From assembly GCA_045159875.1 (NCBI GenBank), contig CP067995.1, positions 2,976,001-3,040,000 of the forward strand: a stretch of DNA of 64,000 bases, given 5' to 3'. Both the position numbers and the translations under genes were made by a program. Below, piece after piece: positions 22,797 to 33,873 of this stretch. The stretch is from a cyanobacterium endosymbiont of Rhopalodia gibba. Its GTDB lineage: Bacteria; Cyanobacteriota; Cyanobacteriia; Cyanobacteriales; Microcystaceae. The stretch's first letter is position 1, and each line of letters opens with the position of its first letter. The notes under the pieces were generated by a model. That model worked only from the letters and a program-made list of their open reading frames with translations, made no database searches and was not told the DNA's origin.

Positions 22797-24509
22797 AACT
22801 GTGGAATGTTCTCCGATGGCTCACTTGTGACATTAATATTAACAAAGTCCTTAAGATTTCCCTAATCATGATCTGTGTAGATAACTAAAATTGTTCAATT
22901 TCATCTCGGGTTAACTTTAGGCTTGAAATTAATTATAAATCTTACTAATTAGCCAACTGAGGATTATACCTAAAAACAGAAAAATGATCGCTAGACTACA
23001 TGGAAGTTGCAATAATTTATATTGTTAACTGAAATCAAGAAGGATATTTACTGAATATGCAATTATTGTCACAGCTAATTAAAGAATAATAAAAAATATA
23101 TCAGCCACTAAAAATTGCTTTAATCAAATAAGAATAGTTACTTTTATTATTCCTGTTTATATTATTGTAATTCGATAATATTTCTTAGAATTTTCAGTTC
23201 ATTAAATAATTTAAAAGCTAAATAACAATAAAAATCATTAACCTAGTTAATCTAGTTTAGGACTGGACAATTATGTATCCCAAAAAAAGTACTTTTAACT
23301 TAAAACATATTAACTATAAAATATTAACTATAATTTATTTCGATAAAATTGAGGTTATTTTTAGTTTTAAAATAAAGACATAAAAATTAATTATTTTATG
23401 CTATACTAATTGTCTTTTTTTTCAAAATTATTTAAGTTATAAATAAAAATGTATATAATTTATATATATTTTTATTTGTATAAAAATTGTTTAAGATTAA
23501 AGTTTAATTGCCTAAAGTATCAACTAGCTTCTCGACAAGAATCTCTAAAAAATCTTGTAATTAGACATTTCAAGCATAACTTCATTTGAAAAAGTTTATT
23601 TTTTCTGCTGAGATTTAAATTAATATATAGTCTTAAATTGTCTAGCAAGAGTAATGTTATTAAACAAGACTATAACTCCTGTTCTAATACTTAGTAGAAA
23701 TAGACAGTAACAGGTAATAATTGTTTATGTTCATTTTTAAAAAATTTATTTTTTGCCAGAAAAACTTATAGTAAATTCAGTTTTCAATACTCTCCTAGAG
23801 AGAATCTAATTTAGATAATTTTGTTCAAGGAGATGGAATAGTAGTTTGAGTTAGTTCACATTAAATTAATTTAGCCTTGTACTATACAAATCGCATTATT
23901 TAACATAGTTAAGGTGACTACTATCAAAGATAATCGTCCTTTAGAAATTAAACTTAAATAACTGAGAGTCTTTGATAAAAACTTATTTTTGGTTAGGGTT
24001 AGTTAAAATATCTAATCATAAAGAGAGAAAAAAGATATTCTCCCTGACCTTCTAGAAGAAATATGATAAATTAGTAGCTAATAATTCCCAATTTTTCATT
24101 AAAAATATATTTTTTAGCTGTTGCATTTTAACATCTTGTTACAGCTAGTTCAGAATATTTTTTTAAAAATTAGTTCTTTTTATAGAAAAAAAAATATTAT
24201 CTTTCTCATAAGATATCTCTAATTTAAAAAATAAGTATTGTGAAAATAAAACCAATAATTTTTCCTTGAAAGAACTAATCACTATTGTATATTTAATTTT
24301 ATTAGTTGTAATACACTAAAAAATTGAAATATTATTTACTAATATAAAGACAAAGAAAGAATCGTTACTTTTATTTACTTAAAAAGTAACGTCAACTATT
24401 ATTTTGGATAATTAAGAATCCAATAAGAATTAATAAATAACAGAATACAAATAATATTTATATTGTTAAAATTACTGGTATAAAATAAATAAATTTAAAT
24501 TAATTTGAC

Positions 24510-24549
24510 TCTATCACTCTTTATCTTAGTTAAGATAAAGAGTGATAGA
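24510..24549. repeat. 19-bp perfect inverted repeat in a gene-free tract
   Basis: tctatcactctttatctta-gt-taagataaagagtgataga. Confidence 0.85.
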
Positions 24550-26346
24550 AAAACTTTTACTATTTGAGGATAAATATGAATAAATATAGCTATTTTTAAC
24601 CATAAAAAGCTACTAAAAATAAATATTTTATGGTATTTTTTAAAGTTCTATTTTTTTTAAAAAATAGAACTTTTTATTACTTTAAGAAATATTTTTTATT
24701 CTTTATACTATTAAATTTAAAATTATTAGCTCGTCACGATTACCTAAGCAGTAAAAGATTATTATCCTTTTAACTTTGATATTAATCATACTAATATTAG
24801 TGAATAGTTTAGGCGACTATTTATACCGCAAATTTATTTAACTTCTGCAAAAAATTAATTATTACTATGAAGTCATTATTACTTATTGTACTTATCTTGA
24901 AGCTGGAATTATTTAAGTTAAACTTGTAAGTTTATTCTCAATTAAACTTAGAATGACTCATGTCATAAAAAATAAATAACCTGAAATAGTAGACAAATTA
25001 ATAATATTTATTTTTGATTTAATTAACTCATATGTATTAGCTACTTGTCCTGTATATAATAAAAAGTAAAATATATATCTGAAATTAGCCATAGAATTAT
25101 TGAGAGAATCGACTAGTCGGATATAAGAAGGAGATTTACTTATTTCTAGTAGAATATTTTAGAGACAAAAATATAAATTTTATGGTAAAGTATTAAAAAT
25201 ATTGTTAAATGTAACTCTTAAAATCATGGAAATTGACAAATCAGAAAAAGTTTTAGTAAACTGCTTAGTTTCTCTTGAAATTAATTGATTTTATCTCAAA
25301 ATTCATTTCTAATTTACTGATTCAAATTTATTGTCGTAGGCAATAGCGATGAAGTCACTTATATCGAGCTATTCCCTATAATTTTGGAGTTTGAAGTTAA
25401 ACTAATTATATCTAAATTTGATTGACATTCTCAATGTCTTGAAAGGTGACAATCACAACCGCTATTGGCTATCGAACATGTGTTTTTTTTATAAACGAAG
25501 TTTGGGGAAAGACAAAAATTAGACTAGTCTGTACCTAAAAATATACTTCTTTATTCCTTAAAATAACTAGAGAAATTTTATATTGTTGTAATTATTTAAT
25601 TAAGTTTCTATTATGATTCTTGGGTTCATTTAAATTAAAATTAATTGCAATAGCTTAAGCGTAAAACTATATAGATTATAAATAGCTTTTCAGCTTATTC
25701 AGACAATTATCTCTGTTAAATGAACAATAATCTTTATTATGCTTAATTTTACTAGATTTAGTGTAATTTCGATTATTTTCTGATAGCGGTTTAATTTTTT
25801 TAAAAAATTTACTTATATAAAAATTAGAGTTAATTCTGAGTGCTTATTAATAAGATATAATGACTTTTCAAGAACGCCTTAATCGTCCTAGTAATATAAC
25901 TCAATTATATAAAATTTTTAACAATAAATATTAATTATGATAACTTTATCAAAAAAATGATTTCTACAAAAAAAAAGCTGTTATAACTAGTTAATTAGTA
26001 TTTTTATTCTCAGCCAAGAAAATTAGAAATTACTCATGATAATTTTCTTTATTGTAAATTTAGTTGATAAGTTGAGTAATAATTTTTTTGTAAAAACTTT
26101 AAAAATAGATTGTTTTCACACCGAAAGTAAATAAATTAAAGGAGGTTATTATAAATGGTAATATCTAAAAGTGAGATATAAAAAATTAACGTAAATTTTA
26201 TTTATTTTCAACTACTTATTTTGCCGTAAACTATCTTCTTAGATACAATCCATTTCTTTTCTTAGTGTCTTTTAAGCCCTAAAATGTCTTAACTAACCAC
26301 TTGATCAATTAGGACTTTTGAATTTATGGAGAAAATTAATCTTAAA

Positions 26347-27270
26347 TTATTCAACTAATCTTTGTCCACGATTATAAAGTTCACGAGCATAATCAGTCCA
26401 AGTTCCCTGTCCCCAATAGCGAAAATAACTAGTTTCCACTAATAAGGTATAGAGTAACGCCTCCTGATATTCGACAGTTTTAGTGACACAAAGATCTTGT
26501 TGGACTAAAAAATCTGATTTTCACAGAAAATCAGTACTGAGTCGATTCATAGGTTTTAAAACGTTTTCGTAGCCATTAACCCAACTTAAATTGTCAGTCC
26601 AAGAAGCCCCATCTATGTGAGACCGACAATCAGTGACTTGTAACTCTTCAATAGCTTTAGCAACTGACTCCGGAGTGACATTATTTAGGTCAATCTTGTT
26701 CCAAATTTTGTGTTGTCCTACCGCTTGACAAGTGGGATAATCGTCAGAGTTGAGCCCTGTCGTTTTAAGGAGTTCAATATATCATTCAATGCCTTTGAAG
26801 CCGACGACATCCCCTTCTTCTTTGATTTGGTTCCAAACAGGGTTAAATTTATTGGGAAACTCATTCATCATGACTTCACCATTTTCCCCGTCAGCAATTT
26901 GTAAAACACAATAAGGAATCTCAATATCTCTAATTTTATACCGTTCCCGTGATTTGGCTTCATAATAGGGCTGCATTTGAGCAAAGAGTTTAGTGTCAGA
27001 CCCTTGGGTTTTAATCAAGGCGGTAATGCTAATGGTTTCTCCGTAGGAATTACGCGCTACTAAACAGTTAGGAATGTATTTATCATTCTCATGATGGTAT
27101 AAATTTTTCCCGTCTAACCGTTCTACTGAGTTTTCTTGCACCAGTAACTAACGATAACCGCATTCTTTAAGGGCTTTTATATATTCAAAAAGAGTATAGG
27201 GGTTGTTGGGGAGGTGCATTTCCGGTGGTGAGAAGCCTTTTACCCGCTTGAGGGCATCATAACCGAAAAT
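26347..27270 (-). pseudogene. Glycoside hydrolase family 57-like gene, C-terminal part only, with stops and frameshifts
   Basis: IFGYDALKRVKGFSPPEMHLPNNPYTLFEYIKALKECGYR*LLVQENSVE, IKTQGSDTKL, QIADGENG, GASWTDNLSWV, ETSYFRYWGQGTWTDYARELYNRG. The N-terminal part is absent. Confidence 0.75.
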
Positions 27271-27796
27271 TTTGGTAGATTCGAAATCCGAGATAAACGA
27301 CTTTATAATAATTGTTATATTGCTCTTATAAAGAGGTAGTTAATCCTATAAACAGTCAAAATATTAAAAATACATAAAACTACTAAAACTACTAAAAATT
27401 TTATCTAATTTATCCCAGTTATTTTAAAATCTATTGTTATAGAAATAAGTTAAATGAATAATTTAAAAGTGTTAGTCTTATTCTTATTAAATTCTATCCT
27501 CTTATGTATTTTTTTTATAAAAATATGGTTACTGTAATCTTAAAAGTATTGTAATTCATGATTTTTCTCTCTTGTTTATTAGAATTTTGTCACAGCTAGC
27601 CTAGAAGAGCTTTAGTCATTTAAGTTAATTAACTTTTATGCTCTAACCATCATAGTTTATAGTAGTTTCTTTTAATTTATTTTTGTCTATCTAAGATTCT
27701 ATCTTCTTTATTACTTAAAAATAGTAATAACCACCCTTATTAGGAAGAAGTTAATGATTTTAGATAATTATCTTAACTACGTCACATTTATTTCTT

Positions 27797-28414
27797 CTAA
27801 CGCACAAAACTGCTAATCAACCAAAACATAACAAATGTAACAATGCCTATTAGCTTATCTGACTCTAAAGAAATATTAAAATTAGCACTACTGAGCAAAC
27901 TAATAACAGCTGTTCCTGACCCTACACCGATTAATAAGCCAATGATAGTTATAAAAAAAGCCCTTACAAACTTTTGCTCTTTACGATTGAGAAAATAGAT
28001 ATTTGCAAAAACTCCTAACACCAAAATAAAAGGAATTTTACTGGAAGATATAACGATAACAAAGGTGGCTAAAGTTGCGAATATCCCAGTCGTCCAAAGA
28101 ATATCATTAGAAGATGGTATATCAATAAAACTTTGTAACCACGGAAGAGAATCATCCAAGGATAAGGAAAGAGGAGGTGACGGTATTTCTAGTGATTTTT
28201 CTGGGAAACGGATACGATCTGGTACTTTAATTTTTCCTTCTTGTCTCATTCTAAGACGCTCCATAATAATGGCATCATAAGCCACTTCAATATTTTCAAC
28301 TACTTTATTATCTTCACGATACTTTTGACTCAAACGATTTTTAGCTTCTTGGATTTCTTCAAATGAGGCTGAATCATTAATTCCCAGGACCTCATAGGGA
28401 CTTTGTTCACTCAT
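27797..28414 (-). CDS. CPP1-like (chaperone-like protein of POR1; DUF3353) J-like membrane protein
   Basis: SPYEVLGINDSASFEEIQEAK, IEVAYDAIIMERLRMRQEGKIKVPDRIRFPE, and C-terminal TM helices. Confidence 0.85.
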   Translation of the reverse strand: MSEQSPYEVLGINDSASFEEIQEAKNRLSQKYREDNKVVENIEVAYDAIIMERLRMRQEGKIKVPDRIRFPEKSLEIPSPPLSLSLDDSLPWLQSFIDIPSSNDILWTTGIFATLATFVIVISSSKIPFILVLGVFANIYFLNRKEQKFVRAFFITIIGLLIGVGSGTAVISLLSSANFNISLESDKLIGIVTFVMFWLISSFVR

Positions 28415-28489
28415 CTAAAATTTCCTCTTAGAACATTTCTCTAGCTTATTCAAGCTACTCAACAAATTAGACGACAATTTTTTGATTGT

Positions 28490-28780
28490 CTATTCTTTTT
28501 GCGTATTATTAATCGTCTCTTTTGTAAGATTCTTTAAAGAAGATGGTTTGTCTGCCGTATTCTCCTCTAATTGGGCTTTCATTGTGACAGAATTTTCCAA
28601 TTTTTGGGCTTCATGCTTAAACTCATGTTCAAACTCTTTAGAGGCTTCTTGGAAGCCTCTAATAGCTTTGCCTAAACTCCGTCCAATTTCTGGCAATTTC
28701 TTAGGTCCGAAAATTAATAAGGAAATCGCAAAAATCAATGCCATTTCTGGGAGTCCAATACCAAAAATATTCATAAACAT
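28490..28780 (-). CDS. tatA: Twin-arginine translocase TatA/E subunit
   Basis: MNIFGIGLPEMALIFAISLLIFGPKKLPEIGRSLGKAIRGF. Confidence 0.93.
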   Translation of the reverse strand: MFMNIFGIGLPEMALIFAISLLIFGPKKLPEIGRSLGKAIRGFQEASKEFEHEFKHEAQKLENSVTMKAQLEENTADKPSSLKNLTKETINNTQKE

Positions 28781-29069
28781 TTCTCTCCATTAGTTAATGA
28801 CTATTATTAATCTGTGAAGAGTACCAACACTCTTACTGTTATCCTAAGCTAACTGATTTAGCAGAATATTAAATAATAACTTTAAAAAAACGATAAATAG
28901 GAAAAAGTCAAGATAAAAAATTTATATTTCTAAGAGACACGATTAAATGTCAGTTAAGCTCTACTTTTCTTCTATTAACTCAATGATAAGTTATTAGCTA
29001 ACCGTTAGCCTATTAAATTCATAGAGCTTTACACTAAAAATAACTAATAACCCATAGATTGCAATTGAG

Positions 29070-29254
29070 ACTAATTTTCTTAGTTTACAGTAAATTTTTA
29101 GATAATTAGGAAAAGATTGTAATTTTACAGGATGATTAGCAGAAAGATCAAAGATAAACTCACTATGACGAGCGATTTTCCAAGCATCAACCATCTTTCT
29201 GAACTCAGAGCCAAGTAATCTGAGCGAATCTATTAACCTAGTATGCTGTGCCAT
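29070..29254 (-). pseudogene. psbH: psbH (photosystem II H subunit) pseudogene
   Basis: MAQHTRLIDSLRLLGSEFRKMVDAW resembles PsbH [25 protein letters not shown]. After a frameshift, SLSLIFLLIIL*NYNLFLII*KFTVN* resembles [27 protein letters not shown]. psbH-tatA synteny. Confidence 0.88.
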
Positions 29255-29640
29255 AAACGATAAATCCCGTCTCTAAATCTAAAAATGTTGTCTGTTCCCT
29301 TTTAATTGAGTATATTCCACTATAATCGCACATCAGAGACTACTGGTTTACTCAATTCTCTTAACCATTTCTACCCTTGAAGCAGTTAGTTACGGGCAAG
29401 TGTTTCCCAGTTGTTTAGTTAATTAATCCTAGTCTTAAAACCCCTTACGACATTGTTAACAAGTGGCTATTTTAGCATACACTGGCTAGAAAACTGTCAA
29501 CCGGGGCATAAATTTGACTAATTTAGGTCCTCTTTCTTTTTACTTCCGCAACACATTCAGTCTATTTTTATTGTGTATCACGCTACGCTAATATTTTCTA
29601 TAGTTTTCTTAAAATGTATTTTACAAAGCATCTCTAAGGC

Positions 29641-30117
29641 TTAAAAGTCTGACTGCTGAGAAGATGATGGCTCAGAAAAACTAGCAATTAATAAAAAAAT
29701 AATCCCAAAGTTGATAAAAACATCAGCTAAATTAAAAACTGGAAACTGAATTAATCGAAAATCAAGAAAATCAACCACGTATCCAAACCAAAAACGATCT
29801 ATTCCATTTCCTAATGCTCCTGCTAGGATAAGTCCATAACCCAATTGTTCTGTAAATCTCATTTTATTCCCCCACCAAGCCAAAACCATTAAGCCCAAAC
29901 TAACTCCCAACGAAAGCCAGCGTAGCCATCTCGCTCCTCCGGTAAAAAAACTAAACGCAGCTCCTGTGTTAATAACATAGGTAAAATGGAATACTCCTGA
30001 CCAGATATGGATAGTTTGTCCTAAATTTGTAAACCACTGAGTAACCCAATATTTAGTTATTTGATCAATTATTAAACCAGCTAGGCTAACCAGCCAAAAA
30101 AAACTGTTTTTTTTCAT
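29641..30117 (-). CDS. lspA: Lipoprotein signal peptidase II
   Basis: DQITK, NTGAAFS, GALGNGIDR, VVDFLDF, FPVFNLAD. Confidence 0.96.
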   Translation of the reverse strand: MKKNSFFWLVSLAGLIIDQITKYWVTQWFTNLGQTIHIWSGVFHFTYVINTGAAFSFFTGGARWLRWLSLGVSLGLMVLAWWGNKMRFTEQLGYGLILAGALGNGIDRFWFGYVVDFLDFRLIQFPVFNLADVFINFGIIFLLIASFSEPSSSQQSDF

Positions 30118-30175
30118 GTGCGCTTGCCATATTTAGGATAACTTTTAACCCTAATTTCTGCTCAAATGAAGTTTT

Positions 30176-30760
30176 CTAATAAAATAATAGTTGACGTAAA
30201 ATGAAAGCCGTTACAGCGACGGCACAAGTAATTGCTAACTGACTAGGCAAGGGATTAGTGGAATAATTCATGATCAACTCAGGCAAATTTTTAGGAGAGA
30301 TTGTTGTAGGATTCAGAAAAGATAACCCGATTAGATACACTAAGCCACATAAATGAATCATCAATAATCCACAAAAAGCACTCCAGGCTAAACACTCCAA
30401 TCTTCGCTTAGTCCGAAATGCCATCAAACCACATAGCCAAGCTCCTGGGATAAACCCCAACAGATAACCAAAACTAGGCTCTTGCCAGTAATTCAGGCTA
30501 CCACCTTGAGCAAAGACAGGTAATCCAAATAAACCAAGAAAAATATAAGCAATCTGTGATATAATACCAGCATTTTTTCCTCCTACACACCCAGTTAACA
30601 ACACGGCTCCTACTTGAAAGGTTACGCCCAGAGGTATGGATTCAACACCTTGTTGTTCCCAATTCCACGGCAAGCCCAACATAAAGGCTTGCACAAATGT
30701 ACTGAAAATCGTTAACAATAGACCAATTATTGCCCAGAGAAATTCATTGGTAGCAGACAC
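30176..30760 (-). CDS. bioY: Biotin transporter BioY
   Basis: TFQVGAVLLTGCVGG, YIFLGLFGLPVFAQGG, PSFGYLLGF. Lies in the bioB-bioY-lspA cluster. Confidence 0.92.
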   Translation of the reverse strand: MSATNEFLWAIIGLLLTIFSTFVQAFMLGLPWNWEQQGVESIPLGVTFQVGAVLLTGCVGGKNAGIISQIAYIFLGLFGLPVFAQGGSLNYWQEPSFGYLLGFIPGAWLCGLMAFRTKRRLECLAWSAFCGLLMIHLCGLVYLIGLSFLNPTTISPKNLPELIMNYSTNPLPSQLAITCAVAVTAFILRQLLFY

Positions 30761-31935
30761 CTTAAATCAGGGGTAGTTTTGAGGTAGCGAGGGGTTTTAA
30801 TTTTTTGCGATTGTGTTTGATATTCACCAGGAATTGGAGCCTCACCCCCTTGTAGTCCTAAGGATTTAACCATAGCAATATCTCGTTCTGGAAGCTGTCC
30901 AACGGTCGTGAGATAATGTCCAATTAGCATAGCATTAATTCCAGATTTTAATCCTAGACTTTGTAATTCGCCCATAGTTGTTTCTCGTCCTCCAGCATAA
31001 CGCAAGATTTGTTGAGGTAGGATAAAGCGAAAGATAGAAATCGCTTTGAGCGCGTCCAAGGGCTTAAGTGGAGAACGTTCTCCTAGGGGAGTTCCTTCTC
31101 TGGGATTAAGCAGATTTATCGGAACAGATTCTACCTCTAATTCTTGCAAGGCTAAAGCAAGATCTATCCGATCTTCCCAGGTTTCTCCCATGCCCAAAAT
31201 GCCTCCTGTACAAGCTTGAATACCTGCTTCTTTAATGTTTTTAACGGTTTTAATCCGATCACGCCAACTGTGGCTGGTAACGATTTCAGGATAAAAGTTT
31301 TCGGAGGCTTCTAGATTATGATTGTAGCGGGTAACTCCAGCCGCCTTCAAGGACCGGGCTTGCTCAGGAGTAATTTCTCCCAAAGCACAGCAAGGTTTAA
31401 TATTTGTTTCGGTAACAATTAGTCGAACAGTTTCTAAAATTTGCTCAAATTCTTTGGAGTTTGCTCCTTGGTATTTAGAACCTCGCCCTTGACTCACTAA
31501 ACAAAATCGCTTTGCCCCTGCTGTTGCTGCAGATTTAGCTTGGTTAAGAATTTCTTCGGAAGACTTTAACCCGTAAATGGGGGAGTTTTTTCCCTGATGA
31601 TGAATAGACTGGGAGCAAAAGCTACAATCTTCCGAACAGTTCCCCGATTTCACGTTAACAATGCTGCACAGATCCACTGTTGTCCCACAACAGGCCTGTT
31701 TAATATAGTCAGCCGCCTCGCATAGTAACAAAATATTCTCTTGTCCTTCAATTTCTGTGAGGGTTAAGGCTTCTGATCTAGTAATGCGAGTGCCCTCAAT
31801 AATTCTCTGGGCTAATTGATTAAGCCAGTCCTTTAAAATTTGTTTCCCTTTATGAAGTAAGGAAATGCTTGGAGAAGAGGAGGATACAGATACTTGAACC
31901 ACAATTGGTTTTCCCTGATGCTGTTTTAGAACCAT
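30727..31935 (-). CDS. bioB: Biotin synthase (radical SAM); true start may be slightly downstream
   Basis: CSEDCSFCSQS motif, YNHNLE, CTGGILGMGE, SVPINLL, LRYAGGRE, GHYLTT. Confidence 0.95.
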   Translation of the reverse strand: MVLKQHQGKPIVVQVSVSSSSPSISLLHKGKQILKDWLNQLAQRIIEGTRITRSEALTLTEIEGQENILLLCEAADYIKQACCGTTVDLCSIVNVKSGNCSEDCSFCSQSIHHQGKNSPIYGLKSSEEILNQAKSAATAGAKRFCLVSQGRGSKYQGANSKEFEQILETVRLIVTETNIKPCCALGEITPEQARSLKAAGVTRYNHNLEASENFYPEIVTSHSWRDRIKTVKNIKEAGIQACTGGILGMGETWEDRIDLALALQELEVESVPINLLNPREGTPLGERSPLKPLDALKAISIFRFILPQQILRYAGGRETTMGELQSLGLKSGINAMLIGHYLTTVGQLPERDIAMVKSLGLQGGEAPIPGEYQTQSQKIKTPRYLKTTPDLRCLLPMNFSGQ

Positions 31936-32089
31936 ACGGATTGTATCATGAGGATACCCTATCTGTCTGAATCGACATAGTCTTGGCTAAAAGTGTGTGT
32001 AAAAATCCAATTTCTTCGCTCTTGTAAATAGGTCAATTTAGTTATACTGTTGACAATGAAAAAACTATAAAGAACTGGAACAGTACATA

Positions 32090-32434
32090 ATGAGCAATCT
32101 TGCAAAACAAGAACTTGAAATTTATAGTGCTGATACTCCTTCTGTTGTTCTAGAAGAAGTAAAACAATTAAAAAAACAGATTCCTGATTGGCACATCATC
32201 GAAAAACAAGGACAGTTACAATTAGAAAAATCGTATGAATTTCCAGACTTTCGACAAGCAATTGCCTTTACTAAGTCCATTGGAGATCTCGCCGAATCAG
32301 AAGGGCATCATCCAGTTTTATTGACAGAGTGGGGAAAAGTTACTGTGTCCTGGTGGACTCATGCGATTGCTGGACTTCATAAGAACGATTATATTATGGC
32401 AGCCAAAACCGATGAGATCAGAAAAAACCTCTGA
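32090..32434 (+). CDS. phhB: Pterin-4-alpha-carbinolamine dehydratase
   Basis: FPDFRQAIAF, AESEGHHP, WWTHAIAGLHKNDYIMAAKTD. Confidence 0.9.
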   Translation: MSNLAKQELEIYSADTPSVVLEEVKQLKKQIPDWHIIEKQGQLQLEKSYEFPDFRQAIAFTKSIGDLAESEGHHPVLLTEWGKVTVSWWTHAIAGLHKNDYIMAAKTDEIRKNL

Positions 32435-32478
32435 AATACCCTGTTGTTCAAGGAAAAGTGGCGTAGTCAATGAGCTTT

Positions 32479-33623
32479 TTATTCTTCAGTGTCATTGACA
32501 GGATTGATTTTATCAATCACTTCGGTAATTCCATCTTCCCTAATTGTCCAGACATCATCAATCCCGACTAGGTCCTCATTTTCGTCGATATCAACGCTAC
32601 CACTAGCTCCTTGATAATTAATGTCCTCTCCAGTGCAAACTAACTCCATTGCTTTACAAAGAGCGGTAATTTTTATTCCAGAAGCACTAGCCACCTCATA
32701 GATTTTACTTCGAATTTTTTCTTCTGTATTGGTATCTGCCGCTTCTGCTGTCAACATTAGAAAAATAGTAGCATCCCAACTATGTGGTGTGAAGGCAGTA
32801 CATTTATTATCTGTTGTGTCTTTCCACTTAGTGGTAAAAGCTTCTAAGGTTTCACTATCGGTTTCGGAAACTGTTCCTAAAGCTTCTGCTGAAATGGATA
32901 TTCTATTAGCTGTTTGACTAACTTACTAAACAAAATTTTCTAAGTAAACCCCATCGAGCAATAGTATAGTTAACCCTTGTTTGTAAGCCGCCTGAGTGTC
33001 GAGGACAGCCGCTTTAGGATCGTAACGAATGCAAATGGGCTTGCGTTTATCTGTCATTTTCCCCCCTACTTTTCAAACGCAAAGACAAATTTTCGTTCAA
33101 ACCTAACTCCGTAGTCATTACTGTTTCAATAGTATTAAATCCTTTTTCATTGGCTAAAGCTGTTAAAACTCGAGCTTGATAGGTGTCAAAAGGAACAGTT
33201 ATAATCTAGAATTTCTGGAAATCATCGGGTTTCGTCTGTTCAGTAAAAACGCGACTGGTGCTACTTGAGGAGACTAACATTACATTATTTTTAACCGGAA
33301 TAGTAACAGCTGTACTTGATACACTACTATTTTGCTATAGCTAATACGCTTGCGGTAGACTCAGTTTGAATGTCTTCGGTAATGAGAGTGACAGGCTTAT
33401 CATTAACCCCATCACAAGCCTTAATTTCATCGATGGTTAATATGATAGCTTTGGGCATATTTTGAACAATTGAAGACAAATTACAAATTACAGGTAATGA
33501 AATCCCTAATTTTAGTCCATTAGAAACAGAGGAATTAATCCTTCGGTTGTATCTTTGAGTACAACTAACCGATAAGCTACTGCTCAAGATAAGAGCTAGA
33601 TTTAGGGAGATGGGAGATTTCAA
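32479..33623 (-). pseudogene. natB: NatB-type amino acid ABC transporter substrate-binding lipoprotein, fragmented
   Basis: Lipoprotein-like N-terminus (LSVSC), LKLGISLPVICNLSSIVQNMPKAI..IKACDGVNDKPVTLITEDIQT and C-terminal GEDINYQGASGSVDIDENED. Several stops, frameshifts and deletions in between. Confidence 0.8.
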
Positions 33624-33786
33624 AAAATTTTTTTAAAAAAAAGATTATCATGCAGTTAACTCTCATACAAAGTGCTTCTCTGAGGGTTTGACTTCAAAAA
33701 GCAGATGAATCCTGAACAAGGTTTTGAAAGTTAACAATGAGTTGCTGCGTTTTAACGGTCAAAGTTACACAAGTTTAAAAACGGAA

Positions 33787-33873
33787 CGGAGAGGGAGGGA
33801 TTCGAACCCTCGATGGGTTTTACCCCATAACTCCTTAGCAGGGAGCCGCTTTCAACCACTCAGCCACCTCTCC
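33787..33873 (-). tRNA. trnS: tRNA-Ser(GCT)
   Basis: GGAGAGGTGGCTGAGTGGTTGAAAGCGGCTCCCT-GCT-AAGGAGTT, long variable arm ATGGGGTAAAACCCAT, GAGGGTTCGAATCCCTCCCTCTCCG. CCA not encoded. Confidence 0.96.

Noticed and set aside
24510..24549. Arms contain ctatcact/agtgatag, resembling tet operator half-sites
   Set aside because: Spacing and arrangement do not match tetO, and there is no tetR/tetA. Coincidental.
25421..25480. ATTGACATTCTC... resembling the end of an IS605-type element
   Set aside because: Too short and degenerate, with no transposase remnant nearby.
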